Assembly: GCA_963662315.1 (NCBI GenBank)
Contig: OY759353.1
Span: forward strand, 2,400,001-2,464,000
Length of the DNA stretch: 64,000 bases
From: Geopsychrobacteraceae bacterium
Lineage (GTDB): Bacteria > Desulfobacterota > Desulfuromonadia > Desulfuromonadales > Geopsychrobacteraceae
Reading direction: 5' to 3'
The translations under genes were made by a program, and so were the position numbers. A model generated the notes under the pieces. That model was not told the origin of the DNA and made no database searches. It saw only the letters and a program-made list of their open reading frames with translations. This document shows positions 57,373 to 64,000 of the stretch, piece after piece (position 1 is the first letter of the stretch; every line of letters starts with the position of its first letter).

Positions 57373-58731
57373 ATGAAAGCTATCAACCACAGAAACTTTC
57401 TGCATTTAGCCATCCCCTTTACACTGTCAACGGTCACCCAGCCCCTGTTGGGAGCCGTTGACACCGCTGTCGTCGGCCGACTTGACAGTCCTGCATTTAT
57501 TGGTGGGGTCGCCATCGGTACGGTGATCTTCAACACCCTCTACTGGCTCTTTGGCTTCTTGCGCGTTGCCACTTCTGGCTTTTCGGCTCAGTCCCTTGCG
57601 TCCCAAGACCATGCGCCCAAAGCCCTCGCCTGGCTACGTCCCTTAGCTTTGGCTGCCATCATCGGTCTGACCTTTATTTGCCTCCAGCACCTGATCATAT
57701 CAGTAGCCCTGAACCTTTATGACGCGGATGCTCTTACCGCCGGATATGCCGATATCTACTTTAATATCCTTATATGGGGAGCCCCCCTTGTTCTGATCAG
57801 CTACGTTAATCTCGGTTGGCTAATGGGGCGAGGGCATGTGCGTGAGGTCATGTGGCTACAGATCGGAACCAACAGCCTTAACATTGCTCTCGACTTTATC
57901 ATGGTCAATTATTTCGATGCTGCCGTTGCCGGGGTCGCCTGGGCCACGCTCATTTCTCAGGCAGCCGCTTTCGGTCTGGGATTATTTTTTATTTTCCAGC
58001 GTATCTCAGCAGCAACAATTATTGCCAATCTGGCTGGGATACGCGACCTTAGTGCCCTGAAAAAGCTGGCGGCAGTTAACCGGGACCTGTTCATCCGTAC
58101 CGCCTGTCTACTTACCATGACTAATATTTTTGTCGCCAAAGGCAGTAGTATGGGGGCCGATTTTCTCGCTGCTAACGCCATACTGTTTCAGCTGCAATAC
58201 CTGATCGCCTATCTGTTTGACGGACTGGCCAATGCCGCAGCGGTTTTTGCCGGACAATTTACCGGCACTGGAGATAAAGACAGTTTTCTTCGTACCCGTA
58301 GCGTTACCCATATTCATCTATTTCTGCTCAGTGTCATTCTCCTTATCATATTAACCATCGGCAGAAATAGCTTGCCCTTTCTGTTTACTGATCTGGAGCC
58401 GGTGCTTGCCATTTGCCATAACTATTTCATCTATCTGCTACTATTTACCCTGACCATGCCCCTTGGTCTGGTTTATTACGGATTTTACGTTGGTGCTACC
58501 TTTGTGGGTCCAGTTCGCAACTCTCTGCTCATCGCTCTGCTTCTATTTATACCCGCTGAAATCTTCCTTATTCCACGTCTTCATAATCATGGTCTATGGA
58601 TCGCATTTGTCCTCTTTTGTGCAGCCCGGAGCCTGATTCTGCTGGTCGGCTGGAAACAGCTTCTACGTCAAACGTTTGATCAACAAAATTCCTCGAAAAA
58701 TGCAGTCCCGCAACCCGTTAGTATCAATTGA
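57373..58731 (+). CDS. MATE family efflux transporter (DinF-like)
   Basis: LAIPF...QPLLGAVDTAVVGRL, FGFLRVATSG, DLFIRT, DGLANA; about 12 TMs; true start ATG 57373 lies after the terminator. Confidence 0.92.
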   Translation: MKAINHRNFLHLAIPFTLSTVTQPLLGAVDTAVVGRLDSPAFIGGVAIGTVIFNTLYWLFGFLRVATSGFSAQSLASQDHAPKALAWLRPLALAAIIGLTFICLQHLIISVALNLYDADALTAGYADIYFNILIWGAPLVLISYVNLGWLMGRGHVREVMWLQIGTNSLNIALDFIMVNYFDAAVAGVAWATLISQAAAFGLGLFFIFQRISAATIIANLAGIRDLSALKKLAAVNRDLFIRTACLLTMTNIFVAKGSSMGADFLAANAILFQLQYLIAYLFDGLANAAAVFAGQFTGTGDKDSFLRTRSVTHIHLFLLSVILLIILTIGRNSLPFLFTDLEPVLAICHNYFIYLLLFTLTMPLGLVYYGFYVGATFVGPVRNSLLIALLLFIPAEIFLIPRLHNHGLWIAFVLFCAARSLILLVGWKQLLRQTFDQQNSSKNAVPQPVSIN

Positions 58732-58748
58732 GAAATTGGAGTTTTGTA

Positions 58749-59690
58749 ATGCTGAAATCGATTTTGCGCAAAATTCCAGAACTGATTCTGGTCATGCTAA
58801 CAGCAAGTCTACTAACTTTTTTTCTAACCTGGCTTAGTCCCGGAGATCCTGCCCAAATTTTCTTTGAAGCTCATGGTATTTCCCCTTCTCAGAAAGCACT
58901 AGCTGAAAAACAGCACGAAATGGGACTCGACCGCCCCTTTATAGTCCAGTATGGCGACTGGCTTGGCGCTATAATACGCCTGGATGCCGGGGTCTCTTTA
59001 CGCACAGGTGAAGCCGTTTCAGAAATGGTGAAACGACGCTTTCATATGACATTTGATTTAGCTGCAACAGCAATAGTTCTGATGTTCCTCTGTTCTTTCA
59101 TTCTCGCCATTATTGCAACTTTAAAAACAGGTAAGTTACCTGATTATGTCATTCGTCTATTTTCGTTTGCCGGGGTTTCTATGCCCGATTTCTGGCTTGG
59201 TCTGCTATTAATTATGGCTTTTATTGTCCACCTAAACTGGTTCAAGTTAACAGACCCCTATGCTCCTTCAAGTATCATCTTACCTGCCATGACTCTGGCC
59301 ATCCCCCTTATTGGTCGCTACAGCAGACAGATTCAAGCCGTCATCAGTGAAGAAATGAGTCAAGATTACATCATCGGTGCCCGTTCCCGCGGATGCCCGG
59401 AGTGGCAGATTATTATATTTCATGCTCTGCCTGGCACTCTGGGCGGACTAAGTACTTTATTTGGCCTTTCCTGTGCTCTATTGCTAGGTGGAACGATAAT
59501 CGTTGAATCCATTTTCTCCTGGCCCGGCCTCGGCAGCATGGCAATTGAATCGATTACCTACCGCGATTACCCGGTTCTCCAAGCGTATGTCATGATCATG
59601 GTCTGCCTCTATGTCGGTTTTAACTTTGTCGCTGATGTTGTCGCCGAGTTACTCGACCCCCGTTTACGCCATGACGGGGGCAGAACATGA
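58749..59690 (+). CDS. Ni/Co/peptide ABC transporter permease (NikB/CntB-like)
   Basis: SPGDPA, GLDRPFIVQY, SMPDFWLG, YIIGARSRG, ESIFSWPGLG, RDYPVLQ; GGAG RBS before ATG 58749. Confidence 0.92.
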   Translation: MLKSILRKIPELILVMLTASLLTFFLTWLSPGDPAQIFFEAHGISPSQKALAEKQHEMGLDRPFIVQYGDWLGAIIRLDAGVSLRTGEAVSEMVKRRFHMTFDLAATAIVLMFLCSFILAIIATLKTGKLPDYVIRLFSFAGVSMPDFWLGLLLIMAFIVHLNWFKLTDPYAPSSIILPAMTLAIPLIGRYSRQIQAVISEEMSQDYIIGARSRGCPEWQIIIFHALPGTLGGLSTLFGLSCALLLGGTIIVESIFSWPGLGSMAIESITYRDYPVLQAYVMIMVCLYVGFNFVADVVAELLDPRLRHDGGRT

Positions 59691-60508
59691 ACCTTTTCAA
59701 ACTCGACAAGAAACAACAGTTTCATCTGTCACTGTTATTGGCAACCATACTGGTTATCATCGCCCTGTGCGGCCCCTTGCTCGCGCCGCACGACCCTCTG
59801 GAAACCGACTTCATCCATATCCTCGAACCTCCAGGTTACGGTTACCCCTTAGGCACCGACCAAGTTGGCCGCTGCATCCTCTCGCGCCTTCTTTACGGAG
59901 CCAGAATATCTTTGGGTACGACCTTTGTAATGCTCAGCCTGATTTTCATTCTTGGCATCATTATCGGAACTACTGCCGCATTACGTTCTGGCCTGACCGA
60001 TACCCTGATTATGCGCCTGGCTGATACCATTCTGGCTTTTCCTGATCTGGTCTTTGCTATCGCAGTGGTCGGCCTTCTCGGCCCAGGAATCATCAATACT
60101 ATCTGCGCTCTGTCTATTATCTGGTGGACCAAATTTGCCCGTTTGTCACGCGTACTGGTCCGTAGCGCCCTGACCAGCGATGCCGTCGTCGCTGGTCGTA
60201 TGGCAGGAGCAGGGAAGTTACGCCTGGTCGTTATTTATATCTTGCCAACGATTCTGCCGGCCTTGCTGACACAGCTTTGTCTCGACATCGGCAACATGAT
60301 GCTGGCTCTCGCTGGTCTTTCCTTTCTGGGCTTGGGGGTTCAACCCCCAACACCTGAGTGGGGGAATATGCTTAGTGAAGGACGAGAATATCTGCAAAGT
60401 GCTCCGTGGCTTGTCCTTTACCCTGGCTTAGCAACATTTCTGGTAGTTGTCACTTTCAATATCCTTGGTGACGCCACGCGAAAATATCTTAATCCTAAAA
60501 AGTTTTAA
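59687..60508 (+). CDS. Ni/Co/peptide ABC transporter permease (NikC/CntC-like)
   Basis: PLGTDQVGRCILSRLLYGARISL, LSFLGLGVQPPTPEWG. Confidence 0.93.
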   Translation: MNLFKLDKKQQFHLSLLLATILVIIALCGPLLAPHDPLETDFIHILEPPGYGYPLGTDQVGRCILSRLLYGARISLGTTFVMLSLIFILGIIIGTTAALRSGLTDTLIMRLADTILAFPDLVFAIAVVGLLGPGIINTICALSIIWWTKFARLSRVLVRSALTSDAVVAGRMAGAGKLRLVVIYILPTILPALLTQLCLDIGNMMLALAGLSFLGLGVQPPTPEWGNMLSEGREYLQSAPWLVLYPGLATFLVVVTFNILGDATRKYLNPKKF

Positions 60509-60550
60509 GGAAACCTCATACGAAATTAATGAGTCAACAAAGGAGCTTGT

Positions 60551-62083
60551 ATGCAAAAAACTAAACTGTCCTGCCTGATCTTAGGTCTGTTATTGACCAT
60601 GCTGTCCCCCCTATACGCCAGCCAGCAAGACAAAACCGTTAATATGGCCATTTTTTGGCTTGATGCCGACATTGAACCAACCTCGGACTGGCACGGTTGG
60701 ACCCTGACCCGCTGCGGCGTCGGAGAAAACCTGCTGCAGATTGATGAAAACCTCAAGTTCAAACCGGTCATTGCTGAAAAATGGGAGCAACCCGATGCCC
60801 TGACCACTATCTTTACCATCCGCAAGGGGGTTAGGTTTCAGAATGGCCGTCCTGCCGATGCTGCCGCCTGCAAAGCCTCCATCGAACGCGCCCTTAAAAT
60901 TACGGATCGTAAAGATGCCCAGCTGCCCATTGACTCCATAAATGTTGATGGCGATCAACTGATCATCAAAACCAGCCACCCCTTCGCCACCCTCAATAAT
61001 GTTCTAGCCGATCCGGTCTTTATTATCGTTGATACCGAAGCAGCAGAGAAGGATTCTGAAAGCTTCAGATTCAGACCTATCACTACCGGAGCTTTCATGG
61101 TTGAAAGTTTTTCTGCTGAAACAGGAATGACCCTTAAAAAAAATCCCTACTATTGGAAGGGTGATATCAAAATTGATACCGTTAATGTCAAGTACATTCC
61201 CGATGCCAGCACCCGCACCATGGCACTGCAGTCAGGTGAGCTTGATTTTGCCGCCCAGATCAGTCCCGCCGATCTAAAAGTCCTTGCCAAAGACGATAAA
61301 CTCAACATTATCGAAGGACCTAACCTACGGGTATTTATTTCCCGTCTGAATTTTGACCATCCATGGATGAAGATTAAAGAATTCCGTCAGGCCATTCGCT
61401 ACGCTATTCATAAGGACATTTTTGCCGAAAAGATCGCTAATGGTATTCCAGCCCGAGGCCCCTTTAATAAAACGCTCCCTTTCGGGCATGAAGGTGAAGA
61501 CAGCTATCATTACGATGTGGATAAAGCCCGCCAACTCCTCGACTTGGTGGGCATTGTTGATGGCGACGGTGACGGCCTGCGCGAATATGAAGGAAAGAAC
61601 ATTACCCTAAAGTATATTTGCCTGACCAACCATGGAGCACGAGCTCGCAATATCGGCATTGCCATGCAATCCGAATTGAAGAAAATCGGCATCGCCATGG
61701 AGGTTGAACAACAGGAAAATTTTGCTGAAGCCGCTCAAAAAGGAGCCTTTGATTTCCTCTTTGAACGCTGGACATCGGCTCCAACCCTCGATCCCCAATA
61801 TTTCATCGAATCTGGATTCAAAACTGGATCCCTGGCTAACTATGGCCATTACAGCAATCCGCAACTGGATGATCTACTCAATCAGTTAACCAGTATTACA
61901 GATCATTCAAAGCGTAATGAACTAGGCAAGCAAGGAGCTCAAATTCTTATGGAAGACCTGCCAGCTCTGTTCTATTTTTATGAAAAGGGGAATGTCGTAC
62001 ATAACAAACGTATCGGGGGTATTTATAAATTCATTTCTGACATCTATTACATTGATGATCGGCTGGAACTCAGCCATGACTGA
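60551..62083 (+). CDS. ABC transporter substrate-binding protein, family 5 (NikA/CntA-like)
   Basis: Signal peptide LYA-S, GWTLTRCGVGENL, IRKGVRFQNG, PITTGAF, RTMALQSGE, NYGHYSNP. Confidence 0.92.
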   Translation: MQKTKLSCLILGLLLTMLSPLYASQQDKTVNMAIFWLDADIEPTSDWHGWTLTRCGVGENLLQIDENLKFKPVIAEKWEQPDALTTIFTIRKGVRFQNGRPADAAACKASIERALKITDRKDAQLPIDSINVDGDQLIIKTSHPFATLNNVLADPVFIIVDTEAAEKDSESFRFRPITTGAFMVESFSAETGMTLKKNPYYWKGDIKIDTVNVKYIPDASTRTMALQSGELDFAAQISPADLKVLAKDDKLNIIEGPNLRVFISRLNFDHPWMKIKEFRQAIRYAIHKDIFAEKIANGIPARGPFNKTLPFGHEGEDSYHYDVDKARQLLDLVGIVDGDGDGLREYEGKNITLKYICLTNHGARARNIGIAMQSELKKIGIAMEVEQQENFAEAAQKGAFDFLFERWTSAPTLDPQYFIESGFKTGSLANYGHYSNPQLDDLLNQLTSITDHSKRNELGKQGAQILMEDLPALFYFYEKGNVVHNKRIGGIYKFISDIYYIDDRLELSHD

Positions 62084-62861
62084 ACTGCTTGAATGTCAGA
62101 ACCTGAGCATCGACTTCCCAGGTGGGATTAAAGCCATCGATGATCTCAATCTGACTCTTAAGAGCGGAGAAACACTTGGCATTGTCGGTGAAAGCGGATC
62201 GGGGAAAACAACCTTGATCCGCACCTTTATCAATCTACCTGCAGCCGGAGCCCGGCAAATTGCCGGAAAACTGTATTTTGCCGGGCAGGATACCAGTTTA
62301 TTAAACGCTAACCAGTGGCGTTCCCTACGAGGAGCGCGCATTGCCATGATCTTTCAGAATCCAGGAGCAGCACTAAATCCGCTTCTTTCAATCGGGCATC
62401 AATTCGTAGCCACAATTCGTTACCATAAAGGGATAAGTCGAACTGAAGCCAAAACAATAGCCAGCCATGAGTTGAGCAGAATGAACCTTAAAGATTCTGA
62501 GCAAATTCTCAAAGCGCGTCCCTGGCAGCTCTCCGGAGGAATGAAACAGCGCGTAGCTATTGCCATGTCCCTGGCTTTAAACCCCGATATCATTCTGGCC
62601 GATGAGCCAACATCTGCCCTTGATGTCAATACTCAGGAAGCGATCATTGCCGAATTTCAACGCCGTCGCCAAGAGTTTGGTACCGCCATAATAATGGTCA
62701 GCCACAATATTTGTGCCTGTTCACGTATTGCCGATCGGCTACTGGTGATGAAAAATGGCAAGCAAATTGATCAGGATACGACTTTTAATATTCTCAACCG
62801 AAACATAGACAGTTATGCCGGTCAACTGCGCACGGCTATACCGTTATTGAAGGGACTTTAA
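62076..62861 (+). CDS. ABC transporter ATP-binding protein (NikD/OppD-like)
   Basis: GESGSGKT, LSGGMKQR, LADEPTSALD; ATG 62076 overlaps the end of the binding-protein gene. Confidence 0.93.
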   Translation: MTELLECQNLSIDFPGGIKAIDDLNLTLKSGETLGIVGESGSGKTTLIRTFINLPAAGARQIAGKLYFAGQDTSLLNANQWRSLRGARIAMIFQNPGAALNPLLSIGHQFVATIRYHKGISRTEAKTIASHELSRMNLKDSEQILKARPWQLSGGMKQRVAIAMSLALNPDIILADEPTSALDVNTQEAIIAEFQRRRQEFGTAIIMVSHNICACSRIADRLLVMKNGKQIDQDTTFNILNRNIDSYAGQLRTAIPLLKGL

Positions 62862-62862
62862 T

Positions 62863-63651
62863 GTGCAATCACACGAATTAATTCAGGTCAATAATATTAA
62901 TATCTTCTTCAATAAACGTGGCAACCGCAACCTCCATGTTCTGAAAGATTTATCCATGACCATTAACCGCGGGGAGTGCGTTGGCCTCGTCGGTGCCAGT
63001 GGCTGTGGAAAATCAACGCTAGCCAGGCTGCTATGTCGCCTGCACCAACCCCAGAGTGGTCAGCTCCGGTTACATAAGCGCGATATTTTCAGTTTTCAGG
63101 AATGGGACTATTTTCAGCAAGTCCAAATGGTTTTCCAGGATCCTTTGGCCAGTTTTCCGGCCCGCATGAAAGTGGCAGCCTTCCTGCTCGAACCGTTCCG
63201 CAACTTTCAACGCCCCGAATTTAAACAGGGCCGCCAATTTGCTACGACCTTATTGACTCAGGTTGGTCTCGATGAAAGTTATCTTGACCGTTTTCCAAAT
63301 CAACTCTCAGGCGGACAGCTACAGCGTATCGTCTTTGCCAGAGCCATTGGCCTTAATCCCGCGTTATTAATCTGTGATGAAGCAACATCAGCACTGGATG
63401 TTACTATTCAAGCCCAGATCGTTACTCTACTTTGCGATCTACAGCAACAGCATAGCTTTGGCTGCCTGTTCATCACTCATGACCTAGCTCTGGCCGAAAA
63501 CTTATGTGATACCATTCATGTCATGGCTGACGGTACCATCGTTGAAACCCTTAGCCAGGGTTATATCCTTAAAGAAGCTCGTCATCCTGTAACATATAAA
63601 ATGATTGAGGCCATCGAACTGCTGCATCAAAGGATGTCACCTGCAGCCTGA
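62863..63651 (+). CDS. ABC transporter ATP-binding protein (NikE/OppF-like)
   Basis: GASGCGKS, QMVFQDP, LSGGQLQR, ICDEATSALD. Confidence 0.93.
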   Translation: MQSHELIQVNNINIFFNKRGNRNLHVLKDLSMTINRGECVGLVGASGCGKSTLARLLCRLHQPQSGQLRLHKRDIFSFQEWDYFQQVQMVFQDPLASFPARMKVAAFLLEPFRNFQRPEFKQGRQFATTLLTQVGLDESYLDRFPNQLSGGQLQRIVFARAIGLNPALLICDEATSALDVTIQAQIVTLLCDLQQQHSFGCLFITHDLALAENLCDTIHVMADGTIVETLSQGYILKEARHPVTYKMIEAIELLHQRMSPAA

Positions 63652-63678
63652 TGGCCTCATTATAGGGTTGTTAGGAAT

Positions 63679-64000
63679 TTACTTCGTTTGCAACCCACCT
63701 ATCAAACCGCGAATCGAAGCTTGTAGATCGGCTGGTAACAAAATAGTCTTGGCATTTTCACTTTCAGCCGATTTCTGAATCGCCTTGATGTAACTTTCAC
63801 CAAGCAGGTAGCCGATAGCAATTTCCTCATGCCCGGTACCTGCGGATTCCAGCACCAGTTGGAGCGCTGTTTTGGACGCTTCAGCCTGAACTTCTTTGGC
63901 TTTCGCGTCACGTTCTGCAGCAGCCAGACGGCCATCAGCCTCAAGAATTGCCGCTTCTTTATCACCTTCAGCACGGGTAACCGTAGCACGGCGTTGGCGC
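63679..64000 (-). CDS. SPFH/Band 7 (QmcA/paraslipin-like) protein, C-terminal part (5' end outside window)
   Basis: Hand translation: RQRRATVTRAEGDKEAAILEADGRLAAAERDAKA...YLLGESYIKAIQKSAESENAKTILLPADLQ...TK*. Confidence 0.85.
   Translation of the reverse strand, partial: RQRRATVTRAEGDKEAAILEADGRLAAAERDAKAKEVQAEASKTALQLVLESAGTGHEEIAIGYLLGESYIKAIQKSAESENAKTILLPADLQASIRGLIGGLQTK

Noticed and set aside
63702..63989. 95-aa minus-strand ORF from the track
   Set aside because: Wrong frame; the overlapping open-ended frame ending at 63679 encodes a recognisable SPFH/Band 7 C-terminus.
1..64000. CRISPR array, tRNA/rRNA, prophage, integrase or defence system
   Set aside because: No regularly spaced repeats, structural RNA gene signatures, or phage, recombinase or nuclease motifs were seen by eye.

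Overview
This 64 kb window looks like a chromosomal segment from a Desulfuromonadales-like deltaproteobacterium (inferred from gene content, not verified). The first ~25 kb carries housekeeping and signalling genes: tex (partial), ilvD, uspA-like, two hybrid PAS histidine kinases, queF, asd, a PlsC-like acyltransferase, djlA, pgi, a PAS-GGDEF-EAL protein and two rhodaneses. It also holds an unusual orphan REC(CheY)-NrtA/CmpA-type ligand-binding-CheW fusion. From ~25.5 to 63.7 kb the window is almost entirely trace-metal and corrinoid acquisition: Fur-boxed feoABC; a DUF318/DUF1980 permease pair behind a Zur-like box; a ~21 kb cluster controlled by two cobalamin riboswitches; a split FeoB with a DtxR-FeoA-FeoA protein; and a third cobalamin riboswitch driving a MATE exporter plus a Nik/Cnt-like ABC importer. 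The ~21 kb cluster contains two TonB-dependent receptors, two signal-peptide-bearing BtuF-CbiZ fusions, two exported and membrane-anchored CobN-like proteins, DUF2162-MotA/ExbB-DUF2149 and ExbB-ExbD-TonB. It is the best candidate for an undescribed system: it lacks BtuCD and CobS/CobT, and looks built to process corrinoids in the periplasm (lower-ligand removal plus metal chelation or dechelation). The che fusion and the B12-regulated MATE+ABC unit are independent candidates. No rRNA, tRNA or CRISPR array was seen. All family calls come from motif recognition by eye; no database search was run.
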